A stretch of 64,000 nt of DNA from assembly GCA_030019365.1 (NCBI GenBank), contig JASEFA010000006.1:56393-120392 (forward strand), in the 5' to 3' direction. The stretch is from Bacillota bacterium. GTDB taxonomy: Bacteria; Bacillota; Sulfobacillia; JACIYH01. Positions 8,716 to 18,245 of the stretch are shown piece by piece. Below the pieces are notes generated by a model. The model made no database searches. It saw nothing but the letters and a program-made list of their open reading frames with translations, and was not told where the DNA came from. Made by a program: the position numbers and the translations under genes. Numbering within the stretch: position 1 is the stretch's first letter; the number at the start of each line of letters is the position of its first letter.

Positions 8716-9909
8716 CTACCTGGTCACGTATTTCTTCACGAATACGAACTTGCCCTCCTTGACCCCCTGGATCACGGCGGGCTTATTCACGGGATCGTGA
8801 GTGTCGGGGTCGATGGTGAGCAGGCCGCTCAGTACCTTGAGGTCCTTGGTCTGGGCCAGGGCTTCCGCGATCTTGGTGGGATCGGTGCTCTGCGTCCGCT
8901 TGATGGCGTCCACGATGGCATAGAGGGCATCCACCGCCATGATGGGGTTGGGCATGACGGGATCCGCCTGGTAGCGCTGGCGGTACTCGGCGATGAAGTC
9001 CTGGATCTCGGGGTCCTCCAGGCTGGCGATGTTCACGAAGTACGAGCCCTCCACCGCGCTGCCGCCCAGGGTGATGAGGTCGGGGCTGGCCCAGCCGTCA
9101 CCTCCCATGAAAGTCGCCTTCATCTTCAGGTCGCGGGCCTGCTTCATGGCCAGAGCCGCTTCCTTCTGCATGGTGGGGATGAAGAGCACATCGGGGTTTT
9201 TGGGCTTGATCTTGCCCAGCATGGCCCGGAAGTCCAGCTCGCCCGAGCGGAAGGCTTCGTTGCCCACGATCTCCCCGCCCAGCTTGGTGAACGCCTCGGA
9301 GAAGTACTTGCCCAGCCAGGACGAGTAATCCGAACCCACGTCGTAGAGAATGGCCGCCTTGCGAGCCCCCAGGTCGGTGTAGGCGAACTGGGCAGCCACG
9401 GTGCCCTGGAAGGGGTCGATGAAGCACGCCCGGAAAGCGTACTTCTTGAGCACATTGTTATCCACGGTGACCTTGGGGTTGGTGGCGGTGGTCGCGACGA
9501 AGGGGACCTTGTCGGGCTCCGTCACCGACGATGTGGCGATGGCCACGCCGCTCTGGGCCGGTCCGATGATGGCCACCACCTTGTCCTGGTGGATGAGGCG
9601 CCGGGCCACGTTGACACCCTCGGTGGCGTCGGCCCGGTTGTCGTACGACACCAGCCTGATCTGCTTCCCCAGCACTCCCCCCTCTTTGTTGATCTTCTCG
9701 ATCACCATCTCCAGGGCGTTCTTCTCCGACTGGCCCCACATGGAGGAGTCGCCGGTCAGGGCCACCTCGTGACCGATCTTGATGACCTGCTCTTCTGCCG
9801 GCTTGGCCTCCGGTTTGGCCTCGGGCTTGCTCCCCGCACATCCCGCCAGGGCACCCAGCACGAGTGCCCCGGCCACCGCGAGCGCCATCAGCTTGCGCAC
9901 CACGACCAT
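8716..9909 (-). CDS. livK: branched-chain amino acid ABC transporter substrate-binding lipoprotein
   Basis: Signal peptide with lipobox LAGC, a PEAK repeat linker, then a type I periplasmic binding fold. Confidence 0.9.
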   Translation of the reverse strand: MVVVRKLMALAVAGALVLGALAGCAGSKPEAKPEAKPAEEQVIKIGHEVALTGDSSMWGQSEKNALEMVIEKINKEGGVLGKQIRLVSYDNRADATEGVNVARRLIHQDKVVAIIGPAQSGVAIATSSVTEPDKVPFVATTATNPKVTVDNNVLKKYAFRACFIDPFQGTVAAQFAYTDLGARKAAILYDVGSDYSSWLGKYFSEAFTKLGGEIVGNEAFRSGELDFRAMLGKIKPKNPDVLFIPTMQKEAALAMKQARDLKMKATFMGGDGWASPDLITLGGSAVEGSYFVNIASLEDPEIQDFIAEYRQRYQADPVMPNPIMAVDALYAIVDAIKRTQSTDPTKIAEALAQTKDLKVLSGLLTIDPDTHDPVNKPAVIQGVKEGKFVFVKKYVTR

Positions 9910-10802
9910 TCACCTCCGTCTGATTGGGAAGGGTCCGGCTGCCAGGCCGGACCGAAAAGATACCCGCACGCGATGGTGACGACAGGACCCTTGAGCCACA
10001 CGCCCGTCTCGCTTCCGGCTTCCCTGCTTACGACCAGCCTGCCCCCTCTTGTCCGCACGGTCACCGGGGAAGTGACCCAGCCCAGCATTTCGGCCACCAG
10101 TGCCGCCGATATCGCCCCGGTACCGCAGGCATAGGTCTCCCGTTCGACCCCCCTTTCGTAGGTCCGCACCTTAACCCCGCCTTCTTCCCGGGCGACGATG
10201 TCCACGTTCGCGCCTCGCGGGAACCGCCCCCCAAACCTGATCTTCCTTCCGACGTCATCGACATCCAGGCGATCAACCAGACCCGGGTCCGCCAGTGGTA
10301 TCACCAGGTGGGGCACTCCTGCCGGCACGAAGAACGCGCGCACCGCCTCCCGAAGAGAAAAGACCTCCTCCATGCGGAGTGCCTCGCTCAGGGGGATGGC
10401 TTCCGCAGGCCCCGCCTGCATGTGGATGGCCACTGAGCCGGGTTGCACCACCGCTTCCACCGCACCGGCCTGCGTCTCCATGGTCATGCGGGGCGGCGCC
10501 AGGCCCCGCCGCCAGGCAACCAGGGCCGTGCAGCGGGCCCCGTTTCCGCACATCTCCCCTTCCGACCCGTCCGGGTTGAAGAGGCGCATACGCAGGTGAC
10601 AGGTGCACGAGCTCTCGATAAGCATCACTCCGTCCGCCCCCAGGGAGAGGTGGGGCGTACACACCTTGCGCGCAAAAGCTCCCTTGGCCCTCTCCGGTAT
10701 CCGTTCCTCGCGGTTGTCGATGACCACGAAGTCATTGCCGCACCCGGCCATCTTCCAGAAAGCGACGGGTGCAGCTATTCCCCTCAATTCTTCCTCTACC
10801 AC
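9888..10802 (-). CDS. dapF: diaminopimelate epimerase
   Basis: FWKMAGCGNDFVVID and MCGNGARC catalytic cysteine motifs. The 3' end overlaps the livK start by 22 nt. Confidence 0.9.
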   Translation of the reverse strand: MVEEELRGIAAPVAFWKMAGCGNDFVVIDNREERIPERAKGAFARKVCTPHLSLGADGVMLIESSCTCHLRMRLFNPDGSEGEMCGNGARCTALVAWRRGLAPPRMTMETQAGAVEAVVQPGSVAIHMQAGPAEAIPLSEALRMEEVFSLREAVRAFFVPAGVPHLVIPLADPGLVDRLDVDDVGRKIRFGGRFPRGANVDIVAREEGGVKVRTYERGVERETYACGTGAISAALVAEMLGWVTSPVTVRTRGGRLVVSREAGSETGVWLKGPVVTIACGYLFGPAWQPDPSQSDGGEWSWCAS

Positions 10803-10868
10803 CCGGCCTCCGGCCCCCCGGCCCGGCCCGCCCTCGCCTGCGGGGCGGTGCCGGTGCTGCCCGGGGTG

Positions 10869-12869
10869 TTAAGCAAGGAATGTGCCACTGCTCTCCGCCG
10901 CGCTCACCCCGAAACCACGGGCCGAACCCCCTTGCGGGCGGGCAGCGTCCTGCACCTCCGTCCAGGTTTCCGGACCGGGCGGCGGCGAGGCGTCCACCAT
11001 GGTGGACAGGCCGCAGGCCCTGGCTTTCTGGTAGAAAGAGCTGCGGCTGATGCCCAGCATGGCCATCGCCCGCCTGCGATCGCCCCGGGCAGAGTGCAGG
11101 GCCATGGCGATCAGCTGCCGCTCTGCCCGCGCCACCACTTCCCGCAGCGGCGCCACCTGCATCACCCTCACCGGTTCGGCCTCGGCATCCCGGCCCCTGC
11201 GCAGGCGTGCGGGCAGGTGACCGGGACCGATCACACCGTCATCCGCCAGCAGGGCGGCCGCTTCCAGCACATTGCGCAGCTCCCGCACGTTGCCCGGCCA
11301 GGAATAGTGCATCAGAACTTCGCCCGCCGCCTCACTGATGCTGAGCGAGGGGCAGCCGGCCCTGCGGGCGATCTCCGGTAGCAACTGATCGACCAGCACC
11401 GGGATGTCGCACCGGCGCTCGCGCAGCGGGGGCAGCCTGATGCACACCACGTTGAGCCGCCAGTAGAGATCCTGCCGGAAGCCACCGGCCGCAACCAGGG
11501 ATTCCAGGTCACGGTTGGTGGCTGCTATGAGGCGCACGTCCAGCCGCACCGGAGCAGATCCCCCCAGCCGGCATACCTCCCCTTCGTCTGTGGCATGGAG
11601 GACTTTGGCCTGCAGCGACGCGTCCAGATCGGCGATCTCGTCCAGGAAAATGGTCCCTCCCTGGGCCTGCTCGAACTTCCCCTTCATGCCACCCCGGCGG
11701 GCCCCCGTGAAGCTGCCCTCCTCGTACCCGAACAGCTCCGATTCCAGCAGAGTGGCCGGGATGGCGGCGCAGTTCACGTGCACGAAGGGCTTATCCCGCC
11801 TGCGGCTCGCTTCGTGGATGACCCGCGCCAGCAGGCCTTTCCCGGTCCCCGTTTCTCCCAGGAGGAGTACGCTGAGGTCGGTTTCGGCCGCTCTCTCCGC
11901 CAGGGTGCGAACCTCCTCGATCTCCCTGCTGATGCCGGCCAGCCGGACCAGCCCGAGCTGGGCACCGGAAGGTGCGGCCTCGCCCGTCACCAGGGACCGC
12001 AGGGACTTCAGCGCCCGCTCGTCGTCCCGGCGTGCGGTTTCCAGCTCCTCCAGGTCTTCGACCGTCAGCACCGCGCCCGTTACGGCCCCCCGGCGCGTAA
12101 CCGGCACCACCCGCATCCTGACGGGGATACCGTTCAGAGTCCTGACCACATCGCCCTGGCCTGTCTGTTCCCCCCGGGCGACTCGCAGCAGATCGGCAAT
12201 CTCGGCGGAGTCGGGGTGAATCTGGGTGATGGGAATCCCGTGCAAGCGCGGGAGCGGGGCCCCCTGCCCTTTGGCCGCGTACTCCTTCCCCTCCAGGATC
12301 TCGCGGGCGCTTTCCCCGCGAGCCGTGTAGCCCCGGGCCTGGTAGAACTTCACCCGGTAGTCCTGCCCGTCAAGGAGCACGAGATGCCCGGCACAGCGGT
12401 CGTAAGAGAAAGAATACGTGGCGTCACCTACGCGGACCTGGAGAACCCGGTCCCGGGCATGGGCGGATACCCGCACCCACACGGTGCCTGCAAAGCTGGC
12501 CACGGTGAGATCCACATGCGCCGGACCGCTGCGGAAGCAGGCCGACCCGGGCGGGGAAGGATACCTGCCGATGACAACGGTGGTCCCCCCTGGAACCACC
12601 TGCGCGGGGTCAACGCCTATCGCCGCCAGGTGTGCCGCGGTAAGGCCGCCATCGTCGCCTCCCAGCAGATTGTCCGCCAGCAACACCACGTCTCCGGCCT
12701 GTAGCCTGCCCGGGGGATGCCCCGGTCCCGCTCGCGGGTCGATACCGAACAGGGCCATGGCCCTGCGGTTGTACACCTGAATGGTGCCCAGGGCATCGAT
12801 GGCGATGACGCCCCGCCCCACCAGGTCCAGTGCCTGCTGCATCCACTCCCACGAGCGCAACCGGGCCAA
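10869..12869 (-). CDS. sigma-54-dependent transcriptional activator with N-terminal PAS domain
   Basis: AAA+ core LLLGETGTGKGLLARVIH, GSFTGA (a GAFTGA variant) and a C-terminal Fis-type HTH (AMAMLGISRSSFYQKA). The start is ambiguous (TTG 12869, TTG 12860 or ATG 12842). Confidence 0.9.
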   Translation of the reverse strand: MARLRSWEWMQQALDLVGRGVIAIDALGTIQVYNRRAMALFGIDPRAGPGHPPGRLQAGDVVLLADNLLGGDDGGLTAAHLAAIGVDPAQVVPGGTTVVIGRYPSPPGSACFRSGPAHVDLTVASFAGTVWVRVSAHARDRVLQVRVGDATYSFSYDRCAGHLVLLDGQDYRVKFYQARGYTARGESAREILEGKEYAAKGQGAPLPRLHGIPITQIHPDSAEIADLLRVARGEQTGQGDVVRTLNGIPVRMRVVPVTRRGAVTGAVLTVEDLEELETARRDDERALKSLRSLVTGEAAPSGAQLGLVRLAGISREIEEVRTLAERAAETDLSVLLLGETGTGKGLLARVIHEASRRRDKPFVHVNCAAIPATLLESELFGYEEGSFTGARRGGMKGKFEQAQGGTIFLDEIADLDASLQAKVLHATDEGEVCRLGGSAPVRLDVRLIAATNRDLESLVAAGGFRQDLYWRLNVVCIRLPPLRERRCDIPVLVDQLLPEIARRAGCPSLSISEAAGEVLMHYSWPGNVRELRNVLEAAALLADDGVIGPGHLPARLRRGRDAEAEPVRVMQVAPLREVVARAERQLIAMALHSARGDRRRAMAMLGISRSSFYQKARACGLSTMVDASPPPGPETWTEVQDAARPQGGSARGFGVSAAESSGTFLA

Positions 12870-13124
12870 CCCCCCTGTCCATGCCTTCTCCGGGTTTCAC
12901 CTGCTTTCGACGCAAAGGACCGAATTCCTCTTATAAAGGCGCAGGGGAGGATCCCGGCATCCGCGATGCACCGCAGGGCGGCAGCGTACACCGCAGGGCG
13001 GGAGGATGCACCGCCCCCCGATGGTACCCGTCAGGAATCGTTCCTAACACAGGTGGCCCGCGCGGAATCAGACGTGCACACCGAGGGAAAGCCCCGAAGT
13101 TGCCGAAGCTAAGTTCCAGGGGGG

Positions 13125-14882
13125 ATGGACGTGCCCTTCGATGCTCTGGTGATGGCCGCGGTAACACGTGAAATCGAAGAGATAATTCCCGCCCGGGTGG
13201 ACCGGGTTTATGCCTCCGGAGGCGGGCAGGGACAGCCGTCGGAAGTGCTGCTGGTGCTCTTTCGGCCGGGAATCCGTACCCAGCTGCTGATATCCATGCA
13301 CCCTCGCTTCGCGCGTATCCACCTGAGCTTCCGTGAGCACCCCCCGCTTGCTCCCCCTCCCCTCGCGCCCCTCCTGCGCAAGCACCTGGAGGGTGCTCAC
13401 CTGGTGGCAGCCCGGCAGGAAGACCGCGATCGGGTCCTCATCCTGACCTTCCGCACCCCCCTGGGCACCAGCCCTCGCCTCGTGGTGGAGATCATGGGGC
13501 CGGGGTCCAACCTCATCCTCCTGGACGGCGACGGCCGCATCCTGGGTGCGTGGCGCGAGGAGGGTCCCCGTCCGGGAGGGCAGGGCAGACGGCTCCTGCT
13601 ACCCGGCGTACCCTACGAGTCGCCCCCTCCTCCCCCGGCGGGAGCGTGGGGTCCCTTTTTCGCCCGCGAAATGGCTGCCCGGGCGGGCGCGCCCGCGCCG
13701 GGCGGACCCGCCGGGATGCTGCCCGAGGGCGGCGAGATGGGCAGCATGATGCGGGTGGCCGATGAACTGTGGGAGGAGGCCAGGAGCAATCCCCGGCCGA
13801 TGGTGATCACCGACGAGAGGGGGCAACCCCGGGAATACTGGTGCCTGATGCCGCTGGCCCACGGGCCCGTTGGCCGCCAGTACCCGGGCATGAGCCAGTT
13901 GCTGGACGAGTACCACGAAGAGGTGGTGGCCAGGGAGGAGTTCAGGGCGTGGCATGCCCGCCTGCGCCGGGCCCTGGGCCGCCAGCGGGATCGTCAGGAG
14001 CGACTGGTGCAATCCCTGCGTGCGGACCTTGACCGGGCTCACCAGGGGCTGCGCTACCGCACCTGGGGAGAACTCCTTCTCGCCCAGGCGTCTCGCCTGC
14101 CCGCCGGCCGCGACCGGGTTGAGGTGATCGACTACTACCGGGAAGAGCCGCACCCGGTGGAAATCCCCCTCGATCCGGCCCGTTCCGCCCGGGAGAACGC
14201 TCAGGAGTACTTCCGCAGGTACACCAAGGCCCGCCGGTCCCTGGAACCCCTCAAGCATCGGCTGGACGAGGAAACCACCCGCCTGGTCTACCTGGAGCAG
14301 CTAGAGGAAGGACTGGGCCGGGCCGCCGACCGCGACACCCTGGAGGTCCTGGAGCGCGAGATGGAGGCCGCCGGGATTCCCGCCGGCCCCGGGACCGGCC
14401 GCGCCGGCGCGAAGAGGCCGCGGGAAATCTCTATCGGCCGCCGGTACGGGGCGGTGCCCACCGCCCGCCGGCGGGAGCAGGGCCGCACCGCAGGACGACG
14501 GGTGCTGCGTTTCTGGCTCCCCGGGGGAGAAGAGGTGACGGTCGGAAGGGGAGCCGAAGCCAACGACTTCGTCACCTTCGTACTGGCCCGCCCGGATGAC
14601 ATCTGGTTGCACGCCCGGGGCATTCCGGGAAGCCACGTCATCCTGCGCTCTGCCCCCGGCCGGGCGGCCAGCCCGGAGGCCATCGCCCGGGCCGCGGCGG
14701 TGGCCGCCCACTTCAGCGACGCCCGCCGGTCCGCAAAGGCCGATGTCGACTGGACGCTGCGCAAACACGTCCGCCGCCGACCCGGAGGAGGGCCAGGGCA
14801 GGTGCTCTACCGGGAGGAGCACACGCTGCTGGTCGAACCGGCGCCGCCACCCCGGCCGGAGCCGGACCAGCCCGGGGGCTGA
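13125..14882 (+). CDS. rqcH: NFACT-family ribosome quality control protein (fibronectin-binding protein A-like)
   Basis: 585 aa with an NFACT-N start (MDVPFDALVMAAVTREIEE..RVDRVY), a central coiled coil and a C-terminal NFACT-R (DIWLHARGIPGSHVIL). AGGGGGG Shine-Dalgarno precedes the ATG. Confidence 0.88.
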   Translation: MDVPFDALVMAAVTREIEEIIPARVDRVYASGGGQGQPSEVLLVLFRPGIRTQLLISMHPRFARIHLSFREHPPLAPPPLAPLLRKHLEGAHLVAARQEDRDRVLILTFRTPLGTSPRLVVEIMGPGSNLILLDGDGRILGAWREEGPRPGGQGRRLLLPGVPYESPPPPPAGAWGPFFAREMAARAGAPAPGGPAGMLPEGGEMGSMMRVADELWEEARSNPRPMVITDERGQPREYWCLMPLAHGPVGRQYPGMSQLLDEYHEEVVAREEFRAWHARLRRALGRQRDRQERLVQSLRADLDRAHQGLRYRTWGELLLAQASRLPAGRDRVEVIDYYREEPHPVEIPLDPARSARENAQEYFRRYTKARRSLEPLKHRLDEETTRLVYLEQLEEGLGRAADRDTLEVLEREMEAAGIPAGPGTGRAGAKRPREISIGRRYGAVPTARRREQGRTAGRRVLRFWLPGGEEVTVGRGAEANDFVTFVLARPDDIWLHARGIPGSHVILRSAPGRAASPEAIARAAAVAAHFSDARRSAKADVDWTLRKHVRRRPGGGPGQVLYREEHTLLVEPAPPPRPEPDQPGG

Positions 14883-14932
14883 CCCGATAACGCTCAGCGG
14901 CCTGCCAACTCGCGTTGAGGCGTGCCGGTCTG

Positions 14933-15781
14933 CTACCGGGACCGGGCCCGGTCGAGGCGCTGCTCCAGCCACTGCCGCAGCCGGCCCAGGGGCTCCTCCT
15001 TGGCCTCTTCGTTGAAAAGCTCGTGGAAGTAGCCGGGGTAGACGTGCATCTCCTTGTCGTGGGTCCCCAGGCGCACGAAAACGTTTTCGGCCACGGGAAC
15101 AGACACCAGGCCGTCCTCCCCGGCGAGAAGGAGCAGGCAGGGGGCGTCAAGCTGCACCGCCCGGCGGGCCACCCGGGCCATACCGGATAGCATCTCCGCG
15201 AAAAGGCGCGCGCTCACCCGGTCGGTCACCAGGGGATCGCGCCGGTACCTCTGCACCACCTCGGCGTCGCGGGAAAGGAGGGTCGGGTCTATGCCGTTGG
15301 GCATGGAGAACCTGGGCAGGAATCGCGCCAGCAGCATACCGGCGTTGCGCTTCCAGCGGGGGATCTCCAGGGCCAGACCAACGCAGGGGCTGGAGAGCAC
15401 GAGCCCCGCCAGCCGCCCCGGCCGGCAGAGGGCATAGTGGAGGGCCACCAGCCCTCCGAAGCTGTGCCCGAGGAGGAAAGCGGGGAGCTCCCCCTCCTCA
15501 GTCCGAACCAGTTCCAGGAAGCTGTCCAGATCCTCCATGTAGTCCCAGAACGAGTCCACATGCCCGCGCTGTCCCGTGGAGCGGCCAAAGCCCCGCAGGT
15601 CGTGGGCCCAGATGGAAAGGGGCAGGCCCTCGAGAGCATCAACCACGTTCTGGTAGCGACCGCTGTGTTCCCCCAGGCCGTGTACCACCAGGAAGACCCC
15701 CCGCGGCCCGGGGGGGCGCCAGCACTGCCAGAACAGCTCCGCGCCGCGGGCGCCCGGCAGGGCTCCGGTTCGGTGTTCCAC
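14933..15781 (-). CDS. alpha/beta hydrolase (lysophospholipase / monoacylglycerol lipase-like)
   Basis: HGLGEHSGRY and nucleophile elbow GHSFGG. GTG start with GAGGGGTGA Shine-Dalgarno. Confidence 0.85.
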   Translation of the reverse strand: MEHRTGALPGARGAELFWQCWRPPGPRGVFLVVHGLGEHSGRYQNVVDALEGLPLSIWAHDLRGFGRSTGQRGHVDSFWDYMEDLDSFLELVRTEEGELPAFLLGHSFGGLVALHYALCRPGRLAGLVLSSPCVGLALEIPRWKRNAGMLLARFLPRFSMPNGIDPTLLSRDAEVVQRYRRDPLVTDRVSARLFAEMLSGMARVARRAVQLDAPCLLLLAGEDGLVSVPVAENVFVRLGTHDKEMHVYPGYFHELFNEEAKEEPLGRLRQWLEQRLDRARSR

Positions 15782-15799
15782 CCCCGATCACCCCTCTCG

Positions 15800-16372
15800 C
15801 TACAGCGCTGCTCCCTTGGGGTAGGTCAGGGGGACACCGGCCCGGCACAGGGGGCACTCGGCGGGCGAATACGAGGGCACGTCCAGGGTGACCAGGGCTA
15901 CCTGGGGTATTCCGAACCCCACCTTGCCTCCACTGCGATCCACCAGCACACCCACGCCCACGGCTCGGGCTCTGGCCTGGGCCAGAAGCTCCAGCACCTC
16001 ATTCACCGACCCACCCGTGGTCACAGCGTCCTCCACCACCAGCAAACGCTCCCCCGGGGAAATGGTAAACCCGCGCCGGAGGCGCATCTGTCCTTGTTCC
16101 CTTTCCGCAAAGATGGCCCGCACCCCCAGGGCGCGCGCGGTCTCGTAAGCCAGGATAATGCCGCCCACCGCCGGACCGATCACCGCCTGCACGCCGCTCC
16201 CCGCGAAAGGTGCCGCCAGTCCTCGGCACAGGAACTCGGCATGATGGGGATACTGGAGCACCTGCGCACACTGCAGGAAGGTGGGGCTGTGTCTGCCCGA
16301 GGTTAGGCGGAAGTGCCCCTCCATGATGACGCCCGTCTCTCGCAGCAACCGCACGATCTCCTCTTCCGTCAC
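15800..16372 (-). CDS. pyrE: orotate phosphoribosyltransferase
   Basis: GHFRLTSGRHS and the PRPP loop LLVVEDAVTTGGS. The GTG start overlaps the pyrF stop (GTGA). Confidence 0.93.
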   Translation of the reverse strand: MTEEEIVRLLRETGVIMEGHFRLTSGRHSPTFLQCAQVLQYPHHAEFLCRGLAAPFAGSGVQAVIGPAVGGIILAYETARALGVRAIFAEREQGQMRLRRGFTISPGERLLVVEDAVTTGGSVNEVLELLAQARARAVGVGVLVDRSGGKVGFGIPQVALVTLDVPSYSPAECPLCRAGVPLTYPKGAAL

Positions 16373-17226
16373 AGCGACGCCTCCTCCTCACCACGGACAG
16401 CCTGCCGTAACTCCTCCACCAGGACCCGGGCCGCCTGCACGGGATCGGGCGCGCAGGTGATGGGACGACCCACCACCAGCCAGTCCGCCCCCTCGCCCAG
16501 TGCCTGTGCGGCCGTGGCCACCCGCACCTGGTCGTCAGTCCCCCGGCGGCCCGCCACTGCCGCTACCGGGCGGATGCCAGGGGTGACGATGAGGGGGTCG
16601 GAGCCCAGCTCCCTCCTCAGGAGCGCCGCCTCACGCGGGGAAGCAACCCAACCATCCAGCCCTGCCTTTAGCGCCAGGCGCGCCAGTGCCAACACCTGGC
16701 CGGTCAGGCTGCGGGCGACCCCCAGGGCGCAGAGATCCTCCTCCCCCAGGCTGGTGAGCACGGTGACACCCACCAGGAAGGGTCCGCCCCGGCCCGCCGC
16801 TGCCGCCTCGCGAAATGCCCCCGCCGCCTCGCGGAATGCCCCCGCCGCCGTGTCACGGGCCGCAGCCGCTCCCGTGTCCCGGACCGCTGCCACCGCCTCC
16901 GCCATCATGCGCTGCCCGCCCGCAGCGTGCAGGCTGATCATGTCAGCTCCCAGCCGGGTTAGGGCAGCGGCGGCGCGTGCTACCGTGTGTGGGATGTCGT
17001 GGAGCTTCAGGTCGACGAATACCCGCCCCCCTTGCTCCTTCACCAGTTCCACCGTGGCGGGCCCCGCCACCGAATACAGTTGCAGTCCCACCTTGAACCA
17101 GGTCACCAGGGGTCGCAGGGCGGTGACCAGGGAGCGCGCCGCCCTCAGGTCAGCCACGTCCAGGGCCACCACCAGCCGCTCCTCCGGAGACCCCGGGCGC
17201 CACGGGCGAGCAGGCGAAACGGTCAC
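16369..17226 (-). CDS. pyrF: orotidine 5'-phosphate decarboxylase
   Basis: LVVALDV..., FKVGLQL and DLKLHDIPHTV motifs. GTG at 17226 overlaps the pyrD stop (GTGA). The ORF-track extension to 17460 is antisense-like Arg/Gly filler. Confidence 0.9.
   Translation of the reverse strand: MTVSPARPWRPGSPEERLVVALDVADLRAARSLVTALRPLVTWFKVGLQLYSVAGPATVELVKEQGGRVFVDLKLHDIPHTVARAAAALTRLGADMISLHAAGGQRMMAEAVAAVRDTGAAAARDTAAGAFREAAGAFREAAAAGRGGPFLVGVTVLTSLGEEDLCALGVARSLTGQVLALARLALKAGLDGWVASPREAALLRRELGSDPLIVTPGIRPVAAVAGRRGTDDQVRVATAAQALGEGADWLVVGRPITCAPDPVQAARVLVEELRQAVRGEEEASL
16802..16850. repeat. 21-bp in-frame tandem duplication inside pyrF
   Basis: GCCGCCTCGCGAAATGCCCCC / GCCGCCTCGCGGAATGCCCCC plus a partial third unit. 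It encodes AAGAFRE-AAGAFRE. Confidence 0.85.
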
Positions 17227-18245
17227 GCCGGCCCACCTCCCCCGGGTGCGTCGCCGGGGCGCAGTGCCCCCGGCCCGCGAGCCATCCCCACCACTTCCGA
17301 CACGCCGGCGAACCCCTCCTCCGCCAGCCAGGCAGCCATTTCCCTCACCACGCGGGGGGCCGCCAGGGGATTCACCAGGGTGGCACTGCCCACCGCCACC
17401 GCGCTGGCACCGGCGAGCAGGAATTCCACGGCATCCCGCCCGCTCATGATACCGCCGCAACCCACGATGGGGAGATTCACCGCGCCGGCCACCTCCCAGA
17501 CCATACGCAGGGCCACCGGCTTGATGGCGGGCCCGGAGAGCCCGCCGGTGACCGCACCCAAGAGGGGACGGCGCAACTGTACGTCGATGGCCATCCCCTT
17601 CAGGGTATTGACGAGGGTCAGGGCATCGGCCCCCGCCTCTTGGGCCGCGCGCGCCACTTCAACGATGTCCGTGACGTTGGGGGTCAGCTTAACGAGCAGG
17701 GGAAGGGAGGTCGCCGCCCGCACCGCTTTCACCACCGCCGCGGTGGCGGCGGGATCGGTGCCGAAGACCATACCCCCGGCCCGCACGTTGGGACAGGACA
17801 CGTTGACCTCCAGGCCGCTGACGCCCTCCACTCCCTCCAGTTTGGCCGCCACGGTAGCATATTCCTCCACCGTTTCCCCGGCGATGTTGACGATGACGGG
17901 CACGCCGAACTGGCGCAGGAAGGGGATCTCCTCCCCGATCACGGCATCGACCCCGGGATTCTCCAGCCCGATGGAGTTGAGCAGGCCGGCGGGGGTCTCG
18001 GCAATGCGGGGCGGCGGATTCCCCGGCCGGGCCGCCAGGGTGGTTCCCTTGGTTATGATGCCACCCAGCAGGCGCAGGTCAAACCACCGCGCCATCTCCC
18101 GCCCGTACCCGAAAGTGCCCGAGGCCACCAGTACCGGGTTGGCCAGACGGATACCGGCCAGATTGACGCTGAGATCCGGCCCGCCACCGCCGACACCCGT
18201 CCCCTGTCCTTCATGCACAGCCACCGCCGTCACCGTCCCCGGCAT
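17223..18245 (-). CDS. pyrD: dihydroorotate dehydrogenase catalytic subunit (class 1B)
   Basis: LANPVLVASGTFGYG, NSIGLENPG and CPNV motifs. The start is uncertain: ATG 18245, or one of the in-frame GTGs at 18233-18221 near the pyrK stop. Confidence 0.9.
   Translation of the reverse strand: MPGTVTAVAVHEGQGTGVGGGGPDLSVNLAGIRLANPVLVASGTFGYGREMARWFDLRLLGGIITKGTTLAARPGNPPPRIAETPAGLLNSIGLENPGVDAVIGEEIPFLRQFGVPVIVNIAGETVEEYATVAAKLEGVEGVSGLEVNVSCPNVRAGGMVFGTDPAATAAVVKAVRAATSLPLLVKLTPNVTDIVEVARAAQEAGADALTLVNTLKGMAIDVQLRRPLLGAVTGGLSGPAIKPVALRMVWEVAGAVNLPIVGCGGIMSGRDAVEFLLAGASAVAVGSATLVNPLAAPRVVREMAAWLAEEGFAGVSEVVGMARGPGALRPGDAPGGGGPA

Noticed and set aside
10839-10853. CGGCACCGCCCCGCA upstream of dapF as a sigma-54 promoter.
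   Set aside because: The GG to GC spacing is 9 nt instead of the invariant 10, and the -12 region lacks TTGC.
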